Shown here: positions 45,176 through 55,338 of the stretch, in pieces | How positions within the stretch are numbered: position 1 is the first letter of the stretch | Layout: each line of letters starts with the position of its first letter | Assembly (NCBI GenBank): GCA_964606285.1 | Contig: CAZSFP010000002.1 | Span: 43,890 to 107,889 of the forward strand | Origin: an uncultured Candidatus Saccharibacteria bacterium | GTDB lineage: Bacteria > Patescibacteriota > Minisyncoccia > Phycocordibacterales > UBA9973 | Reading direction: 5' to 3' | Length of the DNA stretch: 64,000 nt | Made by a program: the position numbers and the translations under genes | Notes under the pieces: model-generated | Databases searched by the model: none | Seen by the model: only the letters and a program-made list of their open reading frames with translations | What the model was told of the DNA's origin: nothing

Positions 45176-48100
45176 CTATATCACTTTTACCTGATCAGCA
45201 ATGATGCTTTTCTCACCGTTTCTGACAGAGATTTTTCCCTTTACTAGGAGACAAATATCGGGCTTTATAATGCTTTGTACTGTAACAAAAAGTTTTGGGA
45301 AAAAGACGACTTCGATCGATCCATCATAATCTGCAATTTTTACGAATGCCATCTGATCCTGTTTTTTTGTAAACACTGCTCGGACTGTTTCGATAATTCC
45401 AGCAAGCATAACTACTTGATCAGCTTTGCCAGAAACTAACATGTCTTTACTTGATCGTGGTAGTGCAAGTACTTTCTCTTTGATTCGGTCGAGTGGGTGG
45501 CCAGAAATATACAGGCCGAGCAAATCCTTTTCCCATACCAACTTCTCTTCGTTTGTTGCTGCTGGAGCTGGATCGAGATCAAGGTGCGAAGTGATGAGTT
45601 CCGGATTGAAACTAAAGAGTGATGTCTGCGTACTTGTTTTGACTGCATCTTTGTTAAATCCCAAGAGACGTTCCATGTTTGCGAGAAGTTGACCGCGTTC
45701 ACCGAATGCATCAAGCGCGCCGGATTTAATAAGTGCCTCAAGGGATTTTTTGTTGACGTTCTTGTGGGTGACGCGAGTGAGAAAATCTGACAGACTTTTA
45801 TACAGACCATTTTTTCGCTCGGCAATAATTGCGTCAGAAATATCAACACCGAGATTTTTGATCGTGTAGAGACCAAAGCGGATGGTACGGCTTTCGACGA
45901 GTGTTTTGCCTGTTTCTGGTGCGATACTGAATCCACCAAAACTTTCATTGATATCAGGAGGAAGAATGGCGATGCCCATGCGGCGGCATTCAGCAACGTA
46001 GATACCGATGGTATCGATATCACCAGATTCAGCAGTCATCATGGCGGTCATGTAGGCGACAGGGTAGTTTGCTTTCATGTAGGCGGTTTGGTACGCGACG
46101 CGACCGTACGATGCAGCGTGGGCTTTGTTGAAACCGTAGCCTTGGAATGGTTCGAACAGTGTCCAGATGAACTCTGCTTCTTTTTTGCTCATGCCGCTGT
46201 GCGATTGGCAACCATCAACGAATTTGACGTGCTGCTTCGCCATTTCTTCCGGAATTTTTTTACCGACAGCTTTACGAAATTTATCGACCTCATCCCAGTC
46301 ATAGCCGGCAAGTTCAATAGCCGTGAAGAGCAAGTCATCCTGATACACGAGGAGTCCGAGAGATGGTCCGAGATAACTTCGCATTTTGGGATGATAAAAT
46401 TTCACAGCACTTTTGCCGTGTTTTCGTTTGACATATTCGTCGATGTTCTGCATCGGGCCCGGACGATAAAGCGCCACCATCACGTTGATGTCGTGGATAA
46501 CAGTCGGTTTGAGTTCTTTGAGAATCTTGGTCATACCACCACCGTTGAGCTGGAAGACACCTTCTGTTTCACCGCGAGCAAGCATCATGTAGGTTTTTTT
46601 GTCATCAAGCGGGATTTTGTTGATGTCGATATCGACACCGTAGATGGTTTTGACGAGTTCAATACTCTCTGCAAGGAATGACAGGTTGCGAATTCCCAAA
46701 AAGTCGAATTTCGGTAAACCTGCGTCTTCGATCGAATACATATCGTACTGTGTGATGAGTTTTCCGCCTTTCGGGTCGAGTTGGATCGGCGTGAATTCGG
46801 TCATTGGACGAGGAGAAATAACAACCCCTGCTGCGTGAACGGAGATGTGTCGTGCACAGCCTTCGATTTTTCTCGCCATGTCCATGATGATTGGAACTTC
46901 ACGTTCGGTGTCGTACATTTCTTTGAGTTCGGGAACGAGTTCGAGCGCCTTGTCGATGGTCATTGGTGCACCTTGTGATCCCATAGGAATCAATTTTGAA
47001 ATACGATCGCCAACGTTGTATGGATAGCCGAGTGCGCGAGCAACATCGCGCACTGCACCACGTGCCATCATCGTACCGAATGTTCCGATCTGTGCCACAT
47101 TTTCTTCACCATATTTTTTACGAGCGTATTCGATCAATTCATCACGTCTGGTGTCAGCGATGTCCATGTCGATATCGGGCGGGGACGGACGAAATGGATT
47201 GAGAAATCGTTCAAAAGGGAGATCATAGTCAATCGGATTGATATTGGTAATACCACAAACATATGAAACGAAAGAGCCTGCTGCGGATCCTCGGGTGTTG
47301 GTTAGTATACCGTGCGCACGTGTATATGCCATGAGATCCGCCACAACGAGAAAGTATGATGGATATCCTTTCATTTTTATGACATCAAGCTCATATTCTA
47401 GGCGTTTGATTACAGTGTCTGTTTTTTCTAGTTGGAGACGTTCAAGTCCTTCATACGCCATTTTTTTGAGGGCATCATTTGGATCAGCATTGTCATCGAG
47501 CTTGTACTCAGGGAAGTACAATTTTCCAAGCTCTATTTCGAGATCAACAAGGTCTGCGACTTTTTGAGTATTGAGATATGCATCTGGAATTTCTTTGAAT
47601 GCATTCCATGCTTCGTCAGATGTTATGAATGAATAATTTCCATTCTTCATTGAAATTTTTGAAGCACCGACTTCACTGCCGGTGTTGATGGCGACGAGCG
47701 TGTCTTGGACTTCGGCATCTTCGGCATGGAGATAGTGTGCGTCCCAGGTGCCAACGATCGGTAGGTCCATATCTTTTGCTATGGCAACAATTGTCGGAAT
47801 AAGTGGCATGTACCAGTCGATCTCGTCATGCTTCATGATTTCAACAAAAACGGAATCTTTGCCGAAGCATTCGATATAAAATGCAAGCAATTTTTTCGCT
47901 TCCTCCAATTGATTATTTTTTACATAATGAATAAATCGACTGCCTGGACATCCGGAGAGACAAATAATCCCTTCACCATATTGTCGGAGAATGTCATGAT
48001 CCATGCGCGGTTTGTAATAGTAACCCTCGACGGATGCCATGGTCACTAGTTTCATCAAGTGTTTGTAGCCAGTTTCATTTCGGGCGATCAGTGTGAGGTG

Positions 48101-48400
48101 GTATCGTTTACTGTCGAGTGATGCATCTTTGTCGAGACGACTACGCTCCGCGATGTATGCTTCGACGCCGATGAGTGGTTTGATGCCTGCTTTTTTGCAT
48201 TCTTGATAAAACTCTATTGATCCGTACATTGCGCCGTGATCCGTGAGTGCAAGTGCGGTCATGCCGTCAGCTTTTGCTTTTTTGACGAGTGCGGGGATTT
48301 TTGACAGTCCATCAAGAAGGGAATAGTGCGAGTGTGTATGCAGATGGACAAATTTTTGTTCTGGACGATTCATGCGATCAAAGTATACCCCGTTAGACAT
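45176..48400 (-). CDS. dnaE: DNA polymerase III alpha subunit DnaE. The true start is probably the second ATG at 48373 (MNRPEQKFVHLHTHSHYSLLDG). The first ATG lies inside the IR arm.
   Basis: 1074 aa with an N-terminal PHP domain (HLHTHSHYSLLDG), polymerase core and OB-fold. Confidence 0.9.
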   Translation of the reverse strand: MSNGVYFDRMNRPEQKFVHLHTHSHYSLLDGLSKIPALVKKAKADGMTALALTDHGAMYGSIEFYQECKKAGIKPLIGVEAYIAERSRLDKDASLDSKRYHLTLIARNETGYKHLMKLVTMASVEGYYYKPRMDHDILRQYGEGIICLSGCPGSRFIHYVKNNQLEEAKKLLAFYIECFGKDSVFVEIMKHDEIDWYMPLIPTIVAIAKDMDLPIVGTWDAHYLHAEDAEVQDTLVAINTGSEVGASKISMKNGNYSFITSDEAWNAFKEIPDAYLNTQKVADLVDLEIELGKLYFPEYKLDDNADPNDALKKMAYEGLERLQLEKTDTVIKRLEYELDVIKMKGYPSYFLVVADLMAYTRAHGILTNTRGSAAGSFVSYVCGITNINPIDYDLPFERFLNPFRPSPPDIDMDIADTRRDELIEYARKKYGEENVAQIGTFGTMMARGAVRDVARALGYPYNVGDRISKLIPMGSQGAPMTIDKALELVPELKEMYDTEREVPIIMDMARKIEGCARHISVHAAGVVISPRPMTEFTPIQLDPKGGKLITQYDMYSIEDAGLPKFDFLGIRNLSFLAESIELVKTIYGVDIDINKIPLDDKKTYMMLARGETEGVFQLNGGGMTKILKELKPTVIHDINVMVALYRPGPMQNIDEYVKRKHGKSAVKFYHPKMRSYLGPSLGLLVYQDDLLFTAIELAGYDWDEVDKFRKAVGKKIPEEMAKQHVKFVDGCQSHSGMSKKEAEFIWTLFEPFQGYGFNKAHAASYGRVAYQTAYMKANYPVAYMTAMMTAESGDIDTIGIYVAECRRMGIAILPPDINESFGGFSIAPETGKTLVESRTIRFGLYTIKNLGVDISDAIIAERKNGLYKSLSDFLTRVTHKNVNKKSLEALIKSGALDAFGERGQLLANMERLLGFNKDAVKTSTQTSLFSFNPELITSHLDLDPAPAATNEEKLVWEKDLLGLYISGHPLDRIKEKVLALPRSSKDMLVSGKADQVVMLAGIIETVRAVFTKKQDQMAFVKIADYDGSIEVVFFPKLFVTVQSIIKPDICLLVKGKISVRNGEKSIIADQVKVI

Positions 48401-48494
48401 CGCCTGACAAATTGTTCCTATATACCATAATGCTTTTTTAAAATTCTTATTTTATACACAGTTCTCTGAGATGTTTGTGTCTAACGGGGTATAC
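48383..48494. repeat. CCCGTTAGA inverted-repeat cassette, copy 3 (GTATACCCCGTTAGACA … TGTCTAACGGGGTATAC; 17-bp perfect arms) in the dnaE / small-ORF divergent region
   Basis: Arms at 48383-48399 and 48478-48494 with an AT-rich 78-bp core. On the minus strand, the left-arm TATACT sits 8 nt upstream of the dnaE second ATG. Confidence 0.6.
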
Positions 48495-48588
48495 CAGAGC
48501 GGCGCCTTGCTTGACAAAAAATATGAATTTGTCGTTGTGTACTCGGTGTCTTATCGTGTTTTCTGATATACTTTCAGAAAAGAATCAT

Positions 48589-48861
48589 ATGGATAAAATG
48601 TTCTCTCCTTTTATTTACCGCAAGATGGTTATCGTTCTCACGATCGTAAATATTACACTTCTTTGTGTAACACTTCTCTATTTTCTTTCTATTGAATATA
48701 TTCCACCTTTGTATCGGTCGTATGCATATGATGCGGGAATGTTAGTGTATATGAAAAACATTGTCGGGGTGTGTATACAGGCTGTTTGTATTGTTATCAA
48801 AGAGTCTTTTGAAAGAGACAGGGAATTGTGTTCTCAAAAAATTCTTGATTATATAATCTAA
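48589..48861 (+). CDS. Small hypothetical membrane protein (about 90 aa)
   Basis: MDKMFSPFIYRKMVIVLTIVNITLLCVTLLYFLSIEYI… has two TM helices. The ORF track's 48475 start is a TTG extension that overlaps the IR arm. Confidence 0.4.
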   Translation: MDKMFSPFIYRKMVIVLTIVNITLLCVTLLYFLSIEYIPPLYRSYAYDAGMLVYMKNIVGVCIQAVCIVIKESFERDRELCSQKILDYII

Positions 48862-48865
48862 AAGT

Positions 48866-48888
48866 AAAACGCGCCTATGGCGCGTTTT
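48866..48888 (+). terminator. Intrinsic terminator (AAAACGCGCCtatGGCGCGTTTT)
   Basis: Perfect GC-rich stem with a T-run. Confidence 0.65.
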
Positions 48889-48894
48889 GTTGTA

Positions 48895-48917
48895 TGTGTC
48901 GCCAAACGGGGTATACT
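48895..48917 (+). promoter_or_regulatory. Solo cassette arm TGTGTCgccaAACGGGGTATACT, 6 nt upstream of the rnhB ATG (leaderless-type -10)
   Basis: 19 of 21 positions match the copy-3 right arm TGTGTCTAACGGGGTATAC. TATACT at 48912-48917 and the ATG at 48924. Confidence 0.45.
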
Positions 48918-48923
48918 CTCTAT

Positions 48924-49526
48924 ATGAAGACATCTATAGGTATTGATGAAGTAGGAAGGGGGCCGGTTGCTGGACCGGTGTCAGTGGGAGCAATGCAGGT
49001 CATAGGAAACAGGTTGCGGGGAATAGTAAAAAACACAGAAAAGATACTCGAAGTAAGATTGAAAGATTCTAAAAAGCTTTCAAGAAAACAACGGGAATTG
49101 TGGTTTGAACAAATAAAAGAATGGAAGAAAAAGAAATTATGTGATTTTATTGTTGTTTCTGTTACTGCAAAAGAAATAGATCAGATAGGTATTTCAAAAG
49201 CAATCCGTAAAGCATTGAAACGATCTCTCGCTGCACTTCGTCCAACAAAGCAGACACCCGTTCTTCTTGATGGTGGATTGAAGGCGCCAATAGAATTCAA
49301 AAATCAAAAAACTATCATCAAGGGTGATGAAAAAGAATCAGTTATCGCCCTCGCGTCCATTGTCGCCAAGGTAACCCGAGATAGGTATATGATAGTGCAA
49401 GCAAAAAAATATCCGGCATACGGTTTTGAAACAAACGTTGGATATGGTACAAAGAAGCAGTACGCGGCGATCAAAAAGCACGGATTGACGCCACTCCATC
49501 GCAAAACCTATCTCAAAAACTTATGA
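48924..49526 (+). CDS. rnhB: Ribonuclease HII
   Basis: MKTSIGIDEVGRGPVAGPV… matches the RNase HII DEDD N-terminal motif. Start corrected to 48924. Confidence 0.85.
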   Translation: MKTSIGIDEVGRGPVAGPVSVGAMQVIGNRLRGIVKNTEKILEVRLKDSKKLSRKQRELWFEQIKEWKKKKLCDFIVVSVTAKEIDQIGISKAIRKALKRSLAALRPTKQTPVLLDGGLKAPIEFKNQKTIIKGDEKESVIALASIVAKVTRDRYMIVQAKKYPAYGFETNVGYGTKKQYAAIKKHGLTPLHRKTYLKNL

Positions 49527-50245
49527 CTTATATATACGGTATTCATCCCATAGAAGAAATCCTCCTCACTGACAAAGGTGCGGTGACGAAAGTCTATTGC
49601 AAGGAAACGATCAAAATGCCAGACGGTATCCGTGAATTGCTCAAAAAGACAAAAGTGCCGTTTTCTTTTGTTCCTGAATATAAAATTGAAGCATTTGTCG
49701 GCGATGTCGTGCATCAGGGTGTTGTTGCTGAAATCACGCCTGTTCCGTTTGTTGAACTTGATTCATTTATCAAAACACTTGATCTCGATCAGAATCCCGC
49801 ACTGGTTCTCTTTGATGAACTCGAAGATCCAGGCAATGTTGGTGCGATTATTCGGACAGGTACCGCACTAGGTGTCAGTGGGTTTCTGTTTCCAAAACAT
49901 CGTCAGGTCCAAATTTCTGCCGGTGTCTACAAATCTTCTGCGGGAACGATCGGTCGCGTGCCACTTGTCCGTGTTGGCAACGTCAATGACACACTCCGTA
50001 CGCTCAAAGAAAAACGGTTCTGGATCGTCGGACTCGATGGGACTGCACCGACAACACTTTGGAAAGAAGACTTCGCCATGCCGATTGTTTTTGTGATCGG
50101 CAACGAAGGGGAAGGGCTTCGCGAAAAAACAAAAGAACTCTGTGATTTCCTCATTTCAATTCCTATGCAACACGGTGTTGAATCACTCAATGCATCTGTA
50201 TCCACAGCGCTTGTTCTAGGAGAATGGTACCGTCGGAGAGTATAA
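49523..50245 (+). CDS. rlmB: 23S rRNA (guanosine-2'-O)-methyltransferase RlmB (SpoU/TrmH family)
   Basis: SpoU motifs (…LDELEDPGNVGAIIRTGTALGV…VIGNEGEGLRE…ESLNASVS…); 240 aa. Confidence 0.8.
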   Translation: MTYIYGIHPIEEILLTDKGAVTKVYCKETIKMPDGIRELLKKTKVPFSFVPEYKIEAFVGDVVHQGVVAEITPVPFVELDSFIKTLDLDQNPALVLFDELEDPGNVGAIIRTGTALGVSGFLFPKHRQVQISAGVYKSSAGTIGRVPLVRVGNVNDTLRTLKEKRFWIVGLDGTAPTTLWKEDFAMPIVFVIGNEGEGLREKTKELCDFLISIPMQHGVESLNASVSTALVLGEWYRRRV

Positions 50246-50325
50246 TAGATTGTAACAACCTTTCATTTTTATCTAAAGACATTTTTTAAATGTCTTTTTG
50301 ATCAGATGAAAGAATTTTTATTCTC

Positions 50326-52305
50326 ATGAAGCAAGACACTATTACTTATTTTGCAGAAACGGATTATCGTAACAAACGAACGCGTTTTGGTATCAAAGCG
50401 TCTGATCGGTCTCGTCATATGTATGTCATCGGAAAGACGGGTATGGGTAAATCGACTCTTTTGGAAAATATGGCCATTCAGGACATTCAGAATGGTGAAG
50501 GTATGGCGTTTATCGATCCGCACGGTGGCACCGTCGAAAAACTCCTCGATTATATTCCTGAGCATCGCATCCAAGACGTTGTTTATTTCGCACCGTTCGA
50601 TCTCGAATATCCGATGGCGTTCAATGTCATGGAAAATATCGGTGCTGACAAACGACACCTTGTTGCTTCAGGTCTCATGAGTACATTCAAAAAAATCTGG
50701 GTGGATGCATGGAGCGCCCGCATGGAATACATATTGAACAATACGATTCTTGCGTTGCTTGAATATCCGGAAGCGACCCTCATGGGTGTCAACAAAATGC
50801 TCTCGGATAAAGAATTTCGAAAAACTGTTCTCGAGCACGTGACTGACCCGTCAGTCAAATCTTTTTGGATAGATGAATTTGCGAAATATACCGAACGTAT
50901 GGCGCAAGAGGCTGTGCCTGCGATTCAAAACAAGATTGGTCAGTTTACTGCCAATCCACTCATTCGAAATATTATTTCCCAGCCGACATCATCATTTGAT
51001 ATTCGTGACATGATGGACAAGAAAAAAATACTTCTCATTAACTTGTCCAAGGGCCGGATCGGCGAACAAAACGCTGCACTCCTCGGTGGTATGCTTATCA
51101 CAAAGATTTATCTCGCAGCAATGTCGCGTGCTGATATATCTGCATCGACCCTTGAATCTTTGCCGTCATTTTATTTCTTTGTTGATGAATTCCAGTCTTT
51201 TGCCAGTGATAGTTTTGCGGATATTCTTTCTGAGGCCAGAAAATACAAGCTTGCGATGACGATTACTCACCAGTACGTCGAACAAATGGGAGACGAAGTC
51301 AAGGCGGCGGTGTTCGGTAACGTCGGTACCATGGTGATTTTCCGTGTAGGTTCGACTGATGCGGATATTTTTGAAAAAGAATTTGCCCCTGTGTTTACTG
51401 CTGAAGACATCGTAAATCTCGACAAACGGCAGATTTATCTCCGTCTCATGATTGATGGTGTCGGATCAAAACCATTTTCTGCCGTCACGTTGCCGCCGAT
51501 CCAGATCGCAGGTGGTGTATCGTTTCGTGAACAGGTTATTGCAGCATCACGACAACAATATACGACTGATCGAAAGATTGTTGAAGATAAAATCAAAATT
51601 TGGATTGAAGCGGGTCGCGATACAACTGAGAAGAAGCCTAAAAAGCCGTACGATCCTTCCTATGTGCCGAAATCGTATCAAGGTCAGCAAGGGACACAGT
51701 ATCAATCTCAGTCTCCATCGCAATCATCATATCAACAGCCACAGACACAACCATACAAAAAACCATTTGCGCCACGACCGTCTGGTCCGTCGCCGAAACT
51801 ACATGATCTTCTGCAAAAACTTGAAGCAGGAGATATTGTGCCAGTTGAAGATATACAGCCGGTAGTACAAAAAGAAATTGTAAAACCAGTCATTCCTCCG
51901 CCGCCGGTAGTCAATAAAATTCCAGCCGCGGAAGCAAAATCTCACTTCACTGAAGTTCGTCTACCGGACGGACAAGTTTCTCGGGATAAAGAAGAAAAAA
52001 ATATTTCGCACGCACCACATGGGTCACTTCGAGATGCTCCACTCAAACCACAAGGCCTCGCGCCAAAAATGGCGGCAAAAGTTACCGGCAAGAACAATGA
52101 TGTCTTGAAACAAGCACTTGCCCGAGCGCTTGAAAAAAAGGTCCTCCAACCAGCAGAAACGGTTTCATCGCAAGAATCAGTTGTATCAGCATCAAGTGCT
52201 GTTCCAGAAAAAAAAGAAGAACCTGTGCTACAGTCTCCACAGCAACAGTCACCACAAAAGAAACGAGAAGTACCTGAAGATGTATTGCGACGAATTCTTG
52301 AATAA
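50326..52305 (+). CDS. TraD/VirD4-like (T4SS coupling-protein family) ATPase, paralog 2, with Q/P-rich C-terminal low-complexity tail
   Basis: HMYVIGKTGMGKSTLLENMAIQDIQNGEGMAFIDPHG, ILLINLSKGRIGE, FFVDEFQSF and SEARKYKLAMTITHQY are collinear with the C-terminal half of ORF 12413..15136. Confidence 0.7.
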   Translation: MKQDTITYFAETDYRNKRTRFGIKASDRSRHMYVIGKTGMGKSTLLENMAIQDIQNGEGMAFIDPHGGTVEKLLDYIPEHRIQDVVYFAPFDLEYPMAFNVMENIGADKRHLVASGLMSTFKKIWVDAWSARMEYILNNTILALLEYPEATLMGVNKMLSDKEFRKTVLEHVTDPSVKSFWIDEFAKYTERMAQEAVPAIQNKIGQFTANPLIRNIISQPTSSFDIRDMMDKKKILLINLSKGRIGEQNAALLGGMLITKIYLAAMSRADISASTLESLPSFYFFVDEFQSFASDSFADILSEARKYKLAMTITHQYVEQMGDEVKAAVFGNVGTMVIFRVGSTDADIFEKEFAPVFTAEDIVNLDKRQIYLRLMIDGVGSKPFSAVTLPPIQIAGGVSFREQVIAASRQQYTTDRKIVEDKIKIWIEAGRDTTEKKPKKPYDPSYVPKSYQGQQGTQYQSQSPSQSSYQQPQTQPYKKPFAPRPSGPSPKLHDLLQKLEAGDIVPVEDIQPVVQKEIVKPVIPPPPVVNKIPAAEAKSHFTEVRLPDGQVSRDKEEKNISHAPHGSLRDAPLKPQGLAPKMAAKVTGKNNDVLKQALARALEKKVLQPAETVSSQESVVSASSAVPEKKEEPVLQSPQQQSPQKKREVPEDVLRRILE

Positions 52306-52316
52306 AATAAACTCGT

Positions 52317-53699
52317 ATGAAAAAGATTTTCCTTCTCAGTCTATCTTTTATATCAGTTCATGCTTGTCATGCTTCGGTCATGTTTTCTGAAATCATGTAT
52401 GATCTCGATGGTACTGATACGGATCGTGAATGGGTAGAAATTTATAACGGAGGATCTGACAGCATTGATCTGTCTACTTGGAAATTTTTTGAAGGAAATA
52501 CAAATCACAGTCTCGTTCCTGTAGACGGTAGTGGAACACTTGCTGCAAATACGTATGCAGTTATCGCTGATAAACCAGATACTTTTCGAATTGACTGGCC
52601 GAATTATTCTGGACTGTTGTTTGATTCAAGTTTTTCTCTAACTAATGATCCGGGTGAGACATTGTCACTCAAGGACGCAAGTCTTGCCGTTATTGATACG
52701 ATAACATATACGAATACCAGTGGTGCTCAAGGTGACGGAAATTCCTTGCAGAAAATGAACAGTATTTTGATATCAGCAGCACCTACTCCAGGTGCAGTAA
52801 ATAGTGCTGGTGATTCAGGGGGAGGTGATTCATCACTGGCTGATAGTAGTGGATCTATAGCACCTGCTCCCAAAATCATAGAATCGACAGTCTCTAAAAT
52901 ACAAACTGATATCATCGTACCGCAGACGATTTTTTCCGGCATTTCATTTCAATGTAAAACAAAAACAATCGGTTTTGCATCTGAGAATAGAAATCACGGT
53001 TCGTGGATATGGTCATTTGGTGATGGAAACGCAATTGAGCAAAAAACAAATGATCCATTTTCTTGTATGTATGAATATCCTGGGACATATGTGATGACAC
53101 TTGCGTATAGAACAAATCCATATCTTCCGGAACCCGATGCGACGGACCGTGTTCTTGTTACGGTGGTTGCACCAGATTTGGTTATTTCATCACTGTTGCC
53201 TGACGGGGGAGTAGTACTCAAAAATATGTCGTCGAAAGAAATCGATGTTTCAGGTTGGAAAATAACACGAGGTGCAACAGTGTTTGTATTTCCATCAACA
53301 ACTATTTTTCTTCCAAACAAAGAACTGACTATTAGTCAAAAACATTCTCATCTCTCAACTGATATTCCTGTAACACTTTTCAATCCCGCTGGTGATAGTA
53401 TTTCGATATTTCCCACACCTGTTGTCTCGAAATTTTCTTCAGGTGTTTCATCTACTGTTCGTACTACTTCTCCATCGTCTTCGAGAGTATATACACCTAT
53501 TGCACCAGAAACAGCAGAGAAAAAAGACGGTGCATTGCTCGCGAGTGTCGCAGCTGTACCGGCTGCAAAAAAACCCTGGAAAGCAGTTTTACCGTTTGCT
53601 GGATTTGCGCTTGTCTCTGGTCTCGGTGGTTATACGTGGTGGCGGTACTCAAGACCTCCAAAGGTGGAAGATGAGGATGACTATGAAATAGTTGAATAA
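52317..53699 (+). CDS. Secreted, C-terminally membrane-anchored protein with lamin-tail-domain (LTD)-like repeats
   Basis: Signal peptide. FSEIMYDLDGTDTDREWVEIYNGGSDSIDLSTWKF resembles the LTD motif (SEI…EWIEL.N…DLSGW). A second LTD-like block is …KNMSSKEIDVSGWKITRG…. C-terminal TM is VLPFAGFALVSGLGGYTWW. Confidence 0.5.
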   Translation: MKKIFLLSLSFISVHACHASVMFSEIMYDLDGTDTDREWVEIYNGGSDSIDLSTWKFFEGNTNHSLVPVDGSGTLAANTYAVIADKPDTFRIDWPNYSGLLFDSSFSLTNDPGETLSLKDASLAVIDTITYTNTSGAQGDGNSLQKMNSILISAAPTPGAVNSAGDSGGGDSSLADSSGSIAPAPKIIESTVSKIQTDIIVPQTIFSGISFQCKTKTIGFASENRNHGSWIWSFGDGNAIEQKTNDPFSCMYEYPGTYVMTLAYRTNPYLPEPDATDRVLVTVVAPDLVISSLLPDGGVVLKNMSSKEIDVSGWKITRGATVFVFPSTTIFLPNKELTISQKHSHLSTDIPVTLFNPAGDSISIFPTPVVSKFSSGVSSTVRTTSPSSSRVYTPIAPETAEKKDGALLASVAAVPAAKKPWKAVLPFAGFALVSGLGGYTWWRYSRPPKVEDEDDYEIVE

Positions 53700-53735
53700 T
53701 AAAAACTCTGTGGTCACAGAGTTTTTATTATTTAT
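53700..53735. terminator. Bidirectional terminator (AAAAACTCTGTGgtCACAGAGTTTTT)
   Basis: Perfect 10-bp stem between convergent genes. Confidence 0.65.
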
Positions 53736-54436
53736 CGGACGGTATTTGTAAAGTTAAATGACACAGACGTATTGTCTTTTATCGTTATAATCTTTTCTGT
53801 ATTTGTTCTGATATTTCCGATTGGTGGGAGAATGATAGTATAGGATCCATTAACAAGTGTTGTTTCAAATGTACCTGATGGATTGATAGTGACAGAAGTT
53901 ATTGCACCGGTTGAGGATCTGATAGATGCGGACATGTTTTCAAAGACATACAGTGGACACTCACCTTTATGTGTTGCTTCACAGACATTTGTTACTGTAA
54001 TAACTCCCGTAAGTGTGTGTGATGCTACAGCTGGGGTACTGTTGGTCATGGTGTCATTTCCTCCGGATGTTGTTTGTTCTCCTGTTGTGTCAGGAATTTT
54101 TGCCGCAGGTTCCATGAAGGTTGTCGATTCTATTTGAGTAGAAGAAACAGTTTCAAGAGGGATCGGTTCTATCAACATAGATTTGAAAGGATAGAGCGTA
54201 TCACCGGGATTTGCTTTTGTTGCAAAAAATGTCAAGCCGCTTGTTGCAATAACGAGACCAAGTGTGAGAAAAACCGCACCTTCGAGTAACTTGCTCGTAT
54301 ACCATGGCGAACGAATAGGGGCGCTCACTGGGTGTTTGGCGACGAACATCGAAATCTGCGCGCGTATGCGTGATTTTTCTTCAGCGGTCATGCTGATGTT
54401 TTTTAGTTCTTTGATTGTTTCGTTGAAGTTGTTCAT
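53732..54436 (-). CDS. Putative anti-sigma factor (single-TM membrane protein) co-transcribed with the ECF sigma factor
   Basis: 234 aa with a cytoplasmic N-terminal helix (…MTAEEKSRIRAQI…) and a TM segment (AVFLTLGLVIATSGLTFF). Its start overlaps the upstream sigma-factor stop (ATGA). Confidence 0.5.
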   Translation of the reverse strand: MNNFNETIKELKNISMTAEEKSRIRAQISMFVAKHPVSAPIRSPWYTSKLLEGAVFLTLGLVIATSGLTFFATKANPGDTLYPFKSMLIEPIPLETVSSTQIESTTFMEPAAKIPDTTGEQTTSGGNDTMTNSTPAVASHTLTGVITVTNVCEATHKGECPLYVFENMSASIRSSTGAITSVTINPSGTFETTLVNGSYTIILPPIGNIRTNTEKIITIKDNTSVSFNFTNTVR

Positions 54437-54963
54437 AGAGGTTCTGGAACGTCGCTACCGAGCACTGTTTTCAATTTCTCGAGACCGCGATGGATTTTGA
54501 CTGATGTGGCGTTCTCACTGGCACCAGTGATCTCAGCTATTTCTTTGATTGAGAGATCATCAATATATCGAAGCGTCAGGACATCGCGATATTTCTCATC
54601 AAGAGTTGATAGTGCATCGCGAGCACGCGTGGCATCAAAGATCGTTTCGTGCCGTTCTGTGACATCAACAGAATCTTTGATGTCAAACGTTTCTACTTCG
54701 AGCATCGCATCGAGAGAATAGGATTTTTTCTTGCGACGGTAATCAATGATCAGATTGGTCGCGACTTTGTATAAAAAGGGACGGATCTGATCAACTTTTT
54801 TGCCAGCAGAGAGATATTCCCATGTTTTCGTAAATGTGTCCTGTGCGAGATCGAGTGCGAGCTGGTGGTCGCTCGTCTGAATTTTGCAGTAGCGAAAAAT
54901 AGCATCCGCATACATCTCGTATGCTTCGAGGAATTCTGTCTCGATGTGTTGCCCGGTTGTCAT
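54433..54963 (-). CDS. RNA polymerase ECF-type sigma-70 factor
   Basis: Sigma-2 (…FLYKVATNLIIDYRRKKK…) and sigma-4 (…LTLRYIDDLSIKEIAEITGASENATSVKIHRG…) regions. Start taken at MTTGQ (54963) inside the longer ORF. Confidence 0.8.
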   Translation of the reverse strand: MTTGQHIETEFLEAYEMYADAIFRYCKIQTSDHQLALDLAQDTFTKTWEYLSAGKKVDQIRPFLYKVATNLIIDYRRKKKSYSLDAMLEVETFDIKDSVDVTERHETIFDATRARDALSTLDEKYRDVLTLRYIDDLSIKEIAEITGASENATSVKIHRGLEKLKTVLGSDVPEPL

Positions 54964-55338
54964 GTTGCTTTGATATAGAGACGGAAGACATAGTGTCTTC
55001 TTACAAGGTAAGTATACGAATTTTAGCCTGATAAGAAAAGGGGAAAACAAACAAGCCCGGCTATTTAGCACGGGCTGTTTTTCTTTCTTTCTTTTGTTCA
55101 AAATGCATTTGAAGGAGAACACATCCTGCGATGACTGCGAAGCCAAGTATAGAAGTGATAATCCCCGTTTTCATGTCAGTAACATCTGTGTGAATAAATG
55201 AAGAAAGAATGTCGATAAATTTTGATTTCATTTTTTTATTTTTTTGTTCGTTTCACCTAATATGACGACACATATTTGCATATCTTACAAGGTTTAGAAA
55301 ACCTTTTAAAAATAAGGGTTATATGGCATACTTGGGTC

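Noticed and set aside
48475-48588. The ORF-track start of the 128-aa protein at 48475 (MCLTGYTRA…).
   Set aside because: It begins with a TTG inside the inverted-repeat arm and reads through the promoter region. The hydrophobic protein most plausibly starts at the ATG at 48589.
55063-55233. 56-aa minus-strand ORF MKSKFIDILSSFIHTDVTDMKTGIITSILGFAVIAGCVLLQMHFEQKK… upstream of the ECF sigma gene.
   Set aside because: It has a single plausible TM helix but no start context, and it overlaps a terminator hairpin. It is too short and unsupported to call.
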